A stretch of DNA of 64,000 nt from contig NC_092674.1 in NCBI RefSeq assembly GCF_964355755.1, positions 16,740,001 through 16,804,000 of the forward strand, given 5' to 3'. The first letter of the stretch is position 1; each line of letters begins with the position of its first letter. The position numbers and the translations under genes were made by a program. The stretch is from Antedon mediterranea. Its lineage: Eukaryota > Animalia > Echinodermata. Under the pieces are notes generated by a model, which was not told where the DNA came from, did not search any database, and worked only from the letters and a program-made list of their open reading frames with translations. Shown piece by piece: positions 26,201-36,405 of this stretch.

Positions 26201-27972
26201 AATAAAAAGTGAACCGCATGATTAAAACTTATTATGGAAGCTGTTGAATTGTAGATATAAATTCATATAAACATTTTTTCTATATGATGTCATGACGTCA
26301 TCATGGCCAGTTGAATTCAAAAAGTCAGATTTTCATCTCTTTCGTAAAAATGTGCCTTTTATCAGATGACCTTCCTCTATTATGTGGTGTCCCACAAGGT
26401 TCGGTGCTTGGACCACAGCTGTTTTCCATCTATGTTGCCCCAGTTGCTGAAATAATACGAAGACACGGATTATGTCATCATTTCTATTCAGATGATATAC
26501 AAATCTACGTTTCTGTCAAGCCTTGCCAGACCAAGTTTCTGTCCGCCGTAAAACGGTTAGAATCATGCACTGCTGAGATTAGAAAATGGATGGGCTCCAA
26601 CTTCCTCAAGCTAAATGATAAAAAGACTGAGGTGATCCTATTTGGTTCTGTTCAGCAGAGAAAAAAGATCCGGTTTGATGGCCTACATATTGGTGGCGTA
26701 CTAGTCAATCCATCATCAGAAGTTCGTAACCTTGGTGTACAACTTGATTGTAAAATGACCATGGAATCACATATCAACAAAATCTGCCGATCTGCTATTT
26801 TCCATTTATGTAACATCGCCAAGATCAGACGTTACCTGAACCATTGTGCAACAGAGCAGATTGTACATGCTTTTGTTACCAGTCGGCTTGATATGGGAAA
26901 TTCCCTGCTGTATGGTCTGCCAAAGAAGCAGTTGCGGACTCTCCAGAAGGTGCAAAATTGGGCAGCTCGCTTGGTGATGTGTGCCAAGAAGTATGATCAC
27001 GTCACACCATTGTTCAAAGAGTTAAATTGGCTACCCATGGAGTCGCGTGTTAAATTTAAGATCCTGCTGCTGGTGTTCCGATGCCTAAATAGTTGCGCTC
27101 CAAAATATCTCTCAGAATTGTTGACAGTCAAGAAGGGAAAGCGAGAACTAAGATCTAGTCATCAGGTGCTACTGGACATTCCAAGGAGCAAACATAGTTG
27201 GGTTGGAGAGATCGGACTTTCAGTGTTGCTGGACCTAGGCTCTGGAACCACCTACCCTTGAACATTAAACACACATCATTATTGAGTCACTTTAAGTCAC
27301 TACTCAAAACTCACCTTTTCTGATTTTTTACAGTGCCATGAGCAATGAATGTTGGAATTGATTGATTGATTGATTTTAAAATAGCGCGCATCTCGCTTTC
27401 TCGTGTCTAAAATTCTTAAAATTTTAAGTAATGTAATTATTTTGATAATTACCTTCTAAAATTGCTATCTTTATGTTACATTTTGATGACATTATCATGT
27501 TAAAAATTGGATCAAAAATAGATTAAAATTTCTCATCTATGCTACACTGTATATAACATATACAGTGTATTCCGTAAATGCTTTATGACACAAAATAGGT
27601 ACAATTCAGCATTGTAAACATATTTAATTCATGTCATAGGATGGCATAATAATTGTTGCCGTTCATATTTTAATGTATGTGTATGTTGCGTTTGCACGGA
27701 TAACCTGAACTCGTCAAAGTAACGAGTTCAAATCTAGTTCCAGATTCGAACTCTCCATAACAAATCCTGGCTACGGGCCTGTTATTTGTATATTATTGGT
27801 TTTATTGTTATAATTATAAAATAAACCTTAATACATATTTTTTTAAGATGGTGGGATTTACAGTCAGTCTTTCAATTGAGCTAGTACAGAACTATTCCAA
27901 TTTTTTTTTTTTTTCAGGAGATCAAACCTTGCTTCAAACTCTAGTCAACAGAAAGTCATAGCCAGCCAATAA
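224..27972 (+). CDS. RUBCN: Rubicon (RUN domain and cysteine-rich domain containing Beclin-1 interacting protein), 3' part; 8 exons: 224-304, 5329-5402, 5533-5836, 6208-6269, 16651-16804, 18969-19062, 23041-23116, 27918-27972
   Basis: Phase-compatible GT-AG exons splice to [13 protein letters not shown]...[20 protein letters not shown]...QNQRCAGCG...[16 protein letters not shown]...WDF...[12 protein letters not shown]...IIFPFE...[10 protein letters not shown]...[11 protein letters not shown]...stop. This is colinear with the recalled human RUBCN C-terminal Rubicon-homology zinc-binding domain. The 5' exons lie outside the window. Confidence 0.92.
768..905 (-). mobile_element. Short HINE/DINE-1-like (Helentron-associated) element
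   Basis: subterminal AGTCGCGT...ACGC(A/G)ACT inverted repeats, (GACA/GACC)n microsatellite, A/T-run end. Confidence 0.6.
977..1719 (-). mobile_element. HINE/DINE-1-like element with duplicated microsatellite block and ~500 bp core
   Basis: same termini as 768-905; core 1150-1600 is homologous to 1-170 and, inverted, to 37590-38120. Confidence 0.6.
2496..3121. mobile_element. Kolobok-like MITE
   Basis: TTAA on both sides (2492-2495, 3122-3125); imperfect TIR AGACCCCTTCCCT / AGGGAATGGGGCT with AG...CT ends. Confidence 0.65.
3627..4992. mobile_element. hAT-like non-autonomous element containing three ~180 bp tandem repeats (~3836-4370)
   Basis: TIR GTGTTCTCCCCAGG / CCTGGGGAGAACACTG; subterminal AAGCGTCAC repeats; TSD not evident. 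Confidence 0.55.
5329..5402 (+). CDS. RUBCN: RUBCN exon ([24 protein letters not shown])
   Basis: poly-T acag acceptor, gtatgt donor; WAPPR motif. Confidence 0.92.
5533..5836 (+). CDS. RUBCN: RUBCN exon, Rubicon homology domain N-part
   Basis: ORF 5546-5962; CAGC...[14 protein letters not shown]...KWDF; tag acceptor, gtaagt donor. Confidence 0.95.
6208..6269 (+). CDS. RUBCN: RUBCN exon ([20 protein letters not shown])
   Basis: tttttag acceptor, gtaagt donor; resembles LRVQLCHMKNMFKTCR. Confidence 0.9.
6590..7612. mobile_element. Unclassified repeat ending in ~165 bp imperfect hairpin (copy 1)
   Basis: 7025-7612 is repeated at 9028-9970; palindrome at 7444-7608. Confidence 0.55.
9028..9970. 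mobile_element. Copy 2 of hairpin-ended repeat, interrupted by a MITE
   Basis: direct homology to 7025-7612; palindrome at 9804-9966. Confidence 0.55.
9202..9557. mobile_element. MITE with 15-bp subterminal tandem repeats (GGGCCGAATCGTCCC), MULE- or Merlin-like
   Basis: 8-bp TSD TAATAGGC (9194-9201, 9558-9565); GG...CC ends; repeats inverted at the two ends. Confidence 0.7.
9976..12151. repeat. ~590-640 bp inverted repeat pair (9976-10563 and 11515-12151)
   Basis: e.g. GTGAACAGCCCACTGGTAGGATAGTCCTTGAAACC at ~10484 and its reverse complement at ~11560. Confidence 0.75.
12430..13975 (+). repeat. Higher-order minisatellite built of 21-bp ATGGATAGCACATT(C/A)TTTCAA units plus a recurring longer spacer
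   Basis: directly visible tandem units with recurring spacer GGATATAGTACTGTACATTATTCTATACGGATTATCGGGTAGCAC. Confidence 0.9.
12617..12959. mobile_element. 343-bp MITE, CATTA termini, 2-bp TSD (EnSpm/CACTA-like)
   Basis: 24-bp TIR with 2 mismatches; TG duplicated inside a satellite unit (CAAA-TG-[element]-TG-GATAG). Confidence 0.7.
15278..16162. mobile_element. Tc1/mariner-like MITE
   Basis: TA-CTGTAAAGCCCAA ... TTGGGCTTTACAT-TA; subterminal CGCGA/CACGAAAAT motifs. Confidence 0.65.
16651..16804 (+). CDS. RUBCN: RUBCN exon ([32 protein letters not shown]...HVQQCQ)
   Basis: ccatag acceptor, gtaagt donor; HLYS-x-x-DL motif. Confidence 0.92.
16969..18160 (+). mobile_element. Non-autonomous Helitron-type element (family A)
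   Basis: A|TCTATATATAAATT 5' end; 3' hairpin CTAGAGGGGGAGC-GAGCGAAGCGA-GCTCACCCTCTAG|T; A-T insertion site, no TSD. Confidence 0.7.
18969..19062 (+). CDS. RUBCN: RUBCN exon ([31 protein letters not shown])
   Basis: ttttttag acceptor, gttggt donor; GFICE-x-C and IIFPF motifs. Confidence 0.92.
19874..21932 (+). mobile_element. Non-autonomous Helitron-type element (family B)
   Basis: A|TCTATGTATAAATT 5' end; 3' hairpin CTAGATGGTACGC-GAGCGAAGCGA-GCGTACCATCTAG|T; further copies at 61039-62481 and 46665-47181. Confidence 0.75.
21129..21678. mobile_element. Kolobok-like MITE nested in a Helitron
   Basis: TTAA TSD; TIR AGATGTA(T/C)TGTCCC; the homologous site in the 61 kb Helitron copy is empty. 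Confidence 0.75.
23041..23116 (+). CDS. RUBCN: RUBCN exon ([25 protein letters not shown])
   Basis: ttttag acceptor, gtaaga donor; C-terminal Cys/His ligands. Confidence 0.9.
24078..25390 (+). mobile_element. HINE-like repeat (tandem starts at ~24080 and ~25241); related pieces at 7690-8400 (inverted), 26220-26350 and 27375-27500
   Basis: GTTATC(C/T)GCACTT(T)GGCGGATAA inverted repeat followed by a TC-rich simple repeat; shared internal motifs. Confidence 0.5.
26029..26054. mobile_element. 26-bp micro-transposon (TIR only) with 7-bp TSD GTCTAAA
   Basis: GTCTAAA-CAGGGAAGAAATTTAACTCTTCCCTG-GTCTAAA. Confidence 0.7.
26354..27374 (+). mobile_element. 5'-truncated L2/CR1-group LINE (RT C-terminal part)
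   Basis: ORF 26311-27261: [33 protein letters not shown]; (ATTG)n tail at ~27357-27374. Confidence 0.88.
27918..27972 (+). CDS. RUBCN: RUBCN probable terminal coding exon ([18 protein letters not shown])
   Basis: long poly-T cag acceptor, correct phase 2, TAA at 27970-27972, followed by AT-rich UTR-like sequence with AATAAA motifs. Confidence 0.7.
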
Positions 27973-29139
27973 AAGTGACGAAAAAGAAGATGTAGATGCA
28001 CAGCACAGATTTTACCAGCTATTTGTGAAGAATGTAAAGAACATTACTAGAAATTTAAATCACACTAACACCAATATTTATCTATCTATAAGTGAAATAT
28101 ATTCAATTACTTAATTTATAAATTGTGTTTTAATAATAGGATACTGTGTTTTTAAACACAGTATTCCATAAGATTTTGGAAGCAGTTTACTTTATTTAAT
28201 TTTAGCTACTGGGAGAATTTTTACAGTGGTCATTTTACAAATAAATGTGTCACTAATTTTAAGATGGTGCAAAATAACATGCATACTTTTAATATCGATT
28301 TCTAGTAAAAAAAAAAGAATTTGACTTGTTTTATCATACTGTAGTTATCAAATAAATTTAAAATGACACTAGTAATGAATTTTTAAAAATAAGAACCTAC
28401 TGTATAAATAAAGCAGCTTATTTCTCAAAAGTATCCTAGACAAGATACAGATTAGGATCTTTACAAGCACCATCATGAATACTATAATAAATTTAAAACA
28501 TATAAATAAATACTATATATTATAATATATATTAAATTTACTTAAATATTTTTGTTTTTTGTGTTTCTTTTGTGCTGAAATAGATCTTTTTAACCAACTT
28601 GTTTTTTTTACCAGCCTTAATAGCTGCCATGGATTTCAAACTAGCCAAAATTCTACTACCTCCCATTGTACCCATGTCAAAAAATACATATAATAGTTAT
28701 TTGGCCCATTAAAACAAGTCATGTGGCCATATTATTTTTTTAAATAACTATTGAGAAATTTTTGTGTCATGATTATCAACATTTATACCACTTCTAATGA
28801 GTTTATTTTCTCCAATATTGTTAGCAAGTATTTCAATTTGATACAGGATTTTCCAAAGCCAAATTTCTTATAAGATGCAATCATAAAAGGTCTTTCAATA
28901 CTGTCAAGTCCTTTTGAAAGTCAAGCGATATCACACTAAGGAAAACCTTACTGCTACCAGTCCTGCTATTTGATCTGGACTCGAGACAATAGAATTACAT
29001 TCTATATCAGGACAATAGATGTTTCATAGTTACTAAAACGTCAGATCTAAATAAACTGAAATTATAATTTTAATATTTATTTTTGCCATCTGTAGTAGTT
29101 ATTTATTTATTCATAGGAATCACATTTATATCGGTACAT

Positions 29140-29710
29140 TGTCACACAGCTGTTTACTGTACTCGCTTGTTTATGAATATATTGCTGTGTGCACTTTCAC
29201 TGTGGAAATAATTACTCCCTTTTCTATTTACTTAGGACTTTGGTATGTCCGAATCTACCCCCCCCCCCCCCCTGGGTCAGCGATTTGACATATTGATGAC
29301 CATGTTTACCAACTTTGTATAATTATCAGAATCAGACCACTTTCTATTTTTAAATTGTGTTACCCAGTGAATTCTGATTGGATAAGTACCTATATGTAAA
29401 ATAGTTAACTACTCCCCTTTAAATAGCAGCTACACCCAAAGACTGTTAGTTGTTGTGTTGTGGTTCTTCTGCTGCTTTCTCCCACCAACTCACTCCATCC
29501 TTATTTGTGGATGTTACTTGGCTTCTTATAGTGCAATTCTGGCTAAGACTACATTTTTGTTCTTTAATGTTCACCACCTCCTAAATTGACCAAACTCACA
29601 TATATTTTATGTTACTTTATTTGGTTATCGTTGTGTAAATAAATTGTATATATTGTAACTCCAGTTCTTACTTCTTTCTGTACATGTGTTATTGAGCCGT
29701 GCATGTGACA
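29140..29710 (+). repeat. 5' LTR
   Basis: direct repeat of 34418-34968; GATTGG, TTTAAATA and AATAAA motifs. Confidence 0.95.
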
Positions 29711-29715
29711 GAAAT

Positions 29716-29732
29716 TGGGGGCTCGTCCGGGA
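29716..29732 (+). promoter_or_regulatory. Primer binding site, tRNA-Pro
   Basis: TGGGGGCTCGTCCGGGA matches the known tRNA-Pro PBS of murine leukemia virus. Confidence 0.9.
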
Positions 29733-29797
29733 AACGTGAACACTTTTGATTATTTTTCTTTTAATTTGACTTTAATTATTTTTATATTCTAAACAAG

Positions 29798-31057
29798 ATG
29801 GCATTTGTGTTGGCAAAGTTTGTTGAATCGCCTTCTCTAGAAGTTCTAGACAAATGTAAAAAGGTAGATCTTTTAAGCATAATAAAACATTTTAAGTTAG
29901 AGAGTGATCAAAAGATGAGGAAACCTCACTTAAGAAATTTTATTATTGATCATTTAGTTGATAATGACATCTTAGATGAAGAGGCTCTACAGTATTTAGA
30001 AAGGGTCAATGAACCTCCTTCTGTAGAATTAGAAATTGAAAAGATGAAATTGCAAATGCAGGTAGATCACCAAAAATTTGATCAACAACTAGCTTTAGAA
30101 CGTGAAAAGTTAGAACTAGAGAATGAAAGGCTTAAAATTGAATTTGAGCACCAAGTGAAACTTAGAGAAGTAGAATTAAATACTAGACCAAAACCAGTGC
30201 CTATGTTCGATGTTAGTAAGAACATAAGATTAGTTCAACCTTTTAAAGAGGTCGAAGTAGATAAGTACTTTCAACATTTTGAAAAAATAGGTCAGCAGTC
30301 CATGGAGTGGCCGAAAGGTAAATACACCCTATTGTTACAGAGTGTTTTAGTAGGTGTATGCTTCATTAAGTCCAGGGGACATTAATAATTACGACTTAGT
30401 TAAGAAGGCTATCCTTAAAGCATACGAGTTAGTACCTGAAGCATATCGACAAAAATTTCGTAACTATACTGTTAGGGACAAGCAAACCTATGTAGAATTT
30501 GCTAGGGAACAAGAAAATCTGTTTGACAGGTGGTGCACTTCACAAGAGGTTAATGGCAATTATGCTAATCTCAGATCAGAGAACTTACCCTAATTGAACA
30601 ATTTAAAAACTGTTTACACCCAGCACTTAAAACCCATTTAGATGAAAAGAAAGCAAAAACTTTAAAAGAAGCAGCAATACTTTCCGATGATTATGCCTTG
30701 ACCCACAAAGGGGTATTTACATCTAACAAGCCCTATGCTAGTATTAGTAGTAGTAAACAGGGTGCTGGTCAGTCACCAAAACCTAGACCGGAATCTCCTC
30801 CGAAGGGGTCGAGTGACCAGAAACCATCCCCTAATGAATTTAAGTTGAACAGTAAGGCTAGTCTTAAATGCAACTATTGCAAAAAAGTAGGACATATTAT
30901 GTCTGAATGCTATTCGCTTAAGCGTAAGGAAGCACTTAAAGCAAATACTAATCAGCCTGAGTCGAAACCGAGTGGTTGTATTGCTAAACCCAACCCAATC
31001 ACCATAACTGATATTGATAATACTGCTTTATCATCAATCAAAATCTCAGTTATGTGA
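29798..31057 (+). pseudogene. gag: gag (coiled coil, SCAN-like capsid C-terminal region, CCHC zinc knuckle), frameshifted
   Basis: ORFs 29798-30385, 30354-30593, 30698-31057; YELVPEAYRQKFR; CNYCKKVGHIMSEC. Confidence 0.85.
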
Positions 31058-31059
31058 TT

Positions 31060-34000
31060 TTTCACCATTTATTTTTAATGGTTATGTATCTCTAGAAGAG
31101 AACTCCAAACAAGTACCTGTCCGTATCCTTAGAGATACTGGTGCCTCCCAGTCTTTGATTTTAGAAGGTATCTTACCCTTGTCTGTGAGAGCTCCGCCAC
31201 TGGATCCAGTGTACTTTTACAGGGCGTTAGTCTGACCCCATTTGTTGTTAATTTACACAGCATATATTTAAAATCGGACTTAGTATCGGGAATAGTAAAA
31301 ATAGGCGTTCAGAAGAAACTGCCTTTTGAAGGTATCACCTTCTTGCTAGGTAATGATCTAGCTGGTGCTCGCGTTATTACCGAGCCTGTTGTTTGTTCCG
31401 ATCCGGTGAAAGCTGGATCGGAACCTTTTGACTCATTTTTTCCGTTATGTGCCATAACTAGGTCTATGAGTAGTAAATCTATATCTTCGGATGATGAGAT
31501 TGATTCCTACTTGCACCTCAATCTGAGGTTAATGATATGGGTACACAGCCAACTAATAAGTCAATGAATGACTTTTCAAAAATTTAACACCCTACAAATA
31601 GGGATCAATTTATTCAGGAACAGGGCAAAGATCCTGATTTGATTAATTTAATTAAAGATGCTTTGACTGAGGAGGAATCTCAACTTGAGACCTCCTGTTT
31701 TTATATTAAATCAGGCTTGCTTATGCGAAAATGGCAACCTTCTGACTCTGCATCTTACGACGTAAATATGGTCCATCAAATTGTGGTACCAAAAGGTTTA
31801 CGTCATGAAATTTTAAGTTTGGCTCATGATGGTCCTCTAGGAGGGCATCTGGGTATTAATAAGACCTATAAAAAAATTCTCAACCATTTCTATTGGCCGA
31901 CAATGAAGGCAGATATTACTACTTTTTGTAAATCCTGTCATTCATGTCAAATGGTTGGCAAGCCAAACCAGACGATACCACCTGCACCTTTAAAACCCAT
32001 TCCAGCTTTTGCTGAACCTTTCAGTAGGGTTATTATAGATTGTGTTGGTCTCCTTCCTAAAACCAAGCGAGGTAAACAATACTTACTGACTGTAATGTGT
32101 GCCTCCACTCGATTTCCTGAGGCAATTCCACTCCGCAATATTAAGGCGAAAACTATATTAGATGCTTTGCTAAAATTCTTTACTCTTATTGGTCTGCCTA
32201 AAGAAATACAGTCCGACCAGGGCTCCAACTTTATGTCTGGAGTTTTTCAACAAGTTCTGCATGAGCTAAAAATTCACCAAATTAAGTCAAGTGCTTATCA
32301 CCCTCAATCCCAAGGAGCAATTGAACGATTTCACGCTTCTTTAAAATGTGGCCTGAGTACATACTGTGTTGAAAATTCTGCTGACTGGGATGAAGGGGTA
32401 CATTTTTACTTATTTGCCGCTCGAGAGTCTGTTCATGATTCTCTGGGTTTTAGCCCATTTGAGCTTATTTTTGGACACACAGTTCGTGGTCCACTTGGTG
32501 CCCTTAAGGACTCCTTTCTGGAAGATTCCTCCCCTTTAAATCTGTTGGACTATGTTATTACATTTAAGGATAGACTTAGGAATGCTTTTAGTTTAGCCAA
32601 TCAGCACTTGGCAGAGTCACAGGTCAAAATGATCGAAAGGACCATTCCCAAACAACCACTACAGGCTAGGTACTTAGGCCCCTATGTAGTGAGTAAGAAG
32701 TTAAGTGAGGTTAATTACATAATAGAAACTCCGGGAAGGCGAAAGAAAACACAGCTATGCCATATTAACATGCTTAAGCCATACTTTACACGGCTAACTG
32801 CTAAGGCAGTTGCCACAATTTCTTCTAAATTTAATGATATTGATCCAAAATCTGATATTGGTGAAATTAAAGACAATAGTAGTGAATTTAGAGTTAAACT
32901 TCAAAACTCAGATGCACTTGCCAATTTAAATGACAAACTAGAGCATTTGAATGAAAATGAACGTTCTGAAATTAAATGTTTGCTTCTTGAGAATAAGCAT
33001 TTGTTTCCTGATGTTCCTGGTGAAATGAATGGAGTTTACCATGACGTGGATGTGGGCGAGGCCAAGCCAATCAAACAACACCCATATCGCATAAACCCAA
33101 TTAAAGAGAAAGTGATGCAACAGTGACTGGAGTTCTTCTTGTCTGCTCGTACCAAAAGCGAATAAAACTTATCGATTCTGTACGGATTATAGAAAAGTCA
33201 ACAATGTTACCATCACAGATTCATATCCATTACCTAGAATTGATGACTGCATTGATAAAATCGGTAACGCTAAATATGTAAGCAAGCTAGACTTACTTAA
33301 GGGGTACTGGCAAATTCCCCTGACTGAGAGAGTAAAACGTATATCTGCATTTGCCACAAGCACTGGCTTATACCAATATAAACGCATGCCCTTCGGAATG
33401 AAGAATGCTCCGTCACGATTTCAACGTCTAGTTAATGAACTAGTTCGAGATATTGATGGTTGTGACGATTACATTGATGATTTGAGCATCTACAGTAGTT
33501 CATGGAGTGCACACCTGAACATTTTGAGAACTTTATTTGAACGACTAACTCAGCGGAACATAACTGTCAACTTGATAAAATGCGAATTTGGCCATGGAAC
33601 AGTTAACTATCTGGGTCATGCAGTTGGGAGTGGACAAGTCCGACCAATTGACGCCAAGATCCGATCGATCAATGAATTTCCTGTCCCAGAGAATAAACGA
33701 CAACTGATGCGGTTTCTTGGAATGGCGGGATACTACCGAAAGTTCTGTAAGAACTTGCCGCACCACTAACGGCTAATTTAGCCAAAAACACACACTACAC
33801 ATGGTCGAAAGAGTGTGATATCGCCTTTGAACATATCAAAGCGTTATTGATTAGCGGTCCCATCCTTCACGCTCCTAATTTTGACAAGCAGTTCCTGCTT
33901 TTTGTCGACGCCAGCGGAGTCGGTGCCGGAGCAGTTCTAATGCAGAAAAGCGAGGATGGAATTGAATACCCAATATGTTACTTTTCAAAGAAGTTTAACA

Positions 34001-34266
34001 GACACCAAAAGAACTACTCGACGGTTGAACAAGAGTGCTTAGCCTTAATGTTAGCTTTAACTCACTTTGACATTTACTCGAACACTACCGTCTGCCCCAT
34101 CAGTGTACATACGGACAATAACCCTCTCACCTTAATTAAGAAAATGAAATTTAAGAATCAGAGAATTCTAAGGTGGGGACTGATGTTACAGGAGTATAAT
34201 TTGGACTTTCACTTCATAAAAGGCAAGGATAACGTCTTTGCAGATGCATTGTCTCGAGCACATTAA
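31060..34266 (+). pseudogene. pol: pol: protease, integrase (31639-33126), reverse transcriptase, RNase H; disrupted
   Basis: LRDTGASQSLI; AHDGPLGGHLG..CHSC, IDCVG, SDQG, ERFH; DLLKGYWQIP, MPFGMKNAP, YIDD; FVDASG, TDNNPL, ADALSR. Confidence 0.92.
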
Positions 34267-34417
34267 ATTGATGCGACATATTCTATATACTTAATTTGTT
34301 ATTATATGCATGCTTTTCTTAATTTTATTGTACTTTACCCCAAGTAACGTATATTGTCTTACATGGAGTTTACCCAGAAATTTTTTTTTTTAAACTTTCT
34401 TCTGATAGGGCGGGGAG

Positions 34418-34968
34418 TGTCACACAGCTGTTTACTGTACTCGCTTGTTTATGAATATATTGCTGTGTGCACTTTCACTGTGGAAATAACTACTCCCTTG
34501 TCTATTTACTTAGGAATCTACCCCCCCCCCCCCCCACCCTGGGTCATCGATTTGACATATTGATGACCATGTTTACCAACTTTGTATAATTATCAGAATC
34601 AGACCACTTTATATTTTTAAATTACCCAGTGAATTCTGATTGGATAAGTACCTATATGTAAAATAGTTAACTACCCCCTTTAAATAGCAGCTACACCCAA
34701 AGACTGTTAGTTGTTGTGTGGTTCTTTTGCTGCCTTCTCCCACCAACTCACTCCATCCTTATTTGTGGATGTTACTTGGCTTCTTATAGTGCAATTCTGG
34801 GTAAGACTACATTTTTGTTTTTTAATGTTCACCACCTCCTAAATTGACCAAACTCGCATATATTTTATGTTACTTTATTTGGTTATCGTTGTGTAAATAA
34901 ATTGTATATATTGTAACTCCAGTTCTTACTTCTTTCTGTACATGTGTTATTGAGCCGTGCATGTGACA
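34418..34968 (+). repeat. 3' LTR, preceded by polypurine tract AGGGCGGGGAG
   Basis: direct repeat of the 5' LTR; followed by TSD ACAT. Confidence 0.95.
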
Positions 34969-36377
34969 ACATCCATTTAAAAAAATGAAATTACAAATAA
35001 CATAAGCCACAAAGTTCTACATAACATCAAAACAGTATGTAAATACATAATAAATAATAAATAAATAAAACAAAAACAGAACAATAAAAGTATAGGATAT
35101 TTAAAAAAAACTAAAACTTACAGATTACAGATACAATCCTCATATAGTCTGTATCTTGTTTTCTATTAATTAATGATTTTACGTTTGAGAGAGATAATGC
35201 TGATAATATTGTACATCTAGTAACCCATGCTTTCATTAAAAAAATCAAAAATTTTTTCCTAATGTTTCATTCTCAGTGAATAAATTGTCTAGCATAAAGT
35301 GGTGTTATAATTCTTGAGATCCACAATTAAAATTATCCCAATACATACTTAAATTATGGTCTATGAAGTTGTTCTTAAGATCTAAGTATCATCATAATAT
35401 ACGCCGTGGTTAGGATTCCGGAACTCAACTGCCCATTGTAACAGATTCCGACAGAAACTATTCACTGAGAACTAAAACCTAAAACTAAAAAAAAAAACAT
35501 CCCTCTAGGCAATGGTGGGTAAAGACGATGATGGATAAAGACGATGGTGAAAAAAATACAATTTTTTTAATAAAAAAAAAAATTGATTGAGAATTGAACC
35601 TACAAAACCACTAGACCTCTAGCCGCAGTACCACACCACTAAGCCAGCCAACCAATCGATACTAGCGCCTTTTTATTCCCCTTTCATTCCCCTTTCTCCA
35701 TTAGTCTATATTAGAATTGCAAATTTGTACAAAAAAAGTTTTTTTTTAGACCAATTTTTTGCAACTGCCGAACCTTGAGTTCGGTAATTCTCTGCCATTT
35801 TCCTACGTCACAATTTATCGATACGAGACAGCAGCACATGTGATAAGCTGCAGTTTTAATATCTATTAAGGTTCAATATGTCCTAGGAAGCACGTTATTT
35901 CATAAAAATAACTCTCATGAAAATTATGCTGTATTTAACAGTTATTGTAAAATTTACACAAGCCGTGCTTGGAAACTAAGAAATGAAATTGTATCACAAC
36001 TTTGAACTGTTTTATTTTAAAAATGTGTGTGTTCTTTTCCATTGCTGTTGCAAAATTAGTAGTTTTAGTTTTAAAATAAGTTTTGTAATAGCGTTTAGTC
36101 AAATTTTATGTTGTTATAGTTCATAATCAAATATGAAAAATGGTTTAGTTTCAGTTTTTATTTTCCATTGTTTTTGTATTAAATTTTGTAATTTGTATGG
36201 ACGCACCATCTACGCATGTGTGCCACTGTTAAAAAAGTGTTGTTCCAATATTATTATTATAGCCAAAGAATAGTATACTTAAGAAATGCAAAAACAAATT
36301 TGACTGTCTTATCTATGAAATGTTGTATATCAGACAATTAAAACCTAGTCTGAATAAATAAAGTGACTCTGTAAAAG

Positions 36378-36405
36378 CAGGGAAGAGTAATTTAACTCTT
36401 CCCTG
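36378..36405. mobile_element. 28-bp micro-transposon (TIR only) with 7-bp TSD GTAAAAG
   Basis: GTAAAAG-CAGGGAAGAGTAATTTAACTCTTCCCTG-GTAAAAG. Confidence 0.75.

Larger units (their letters stand above)
29140..34968 (+). mobile_element. Gypsy/Ty3 LTR retrotransposon of Gmr1 type (gag-PR-INT-RT-RH), full length but frameshifted
   Basis: LTRs 29140-29710 and 34418-34968 (TGTCACA...TGTGACA), 4-bp TSD ACAT, PBS and PPT; CCHC knuckle, DTGA protease, HHCC+DDE integrase with GPY motif, YIDD RT, RNase H (DASG...ADALSR). Confidence 0.95.
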
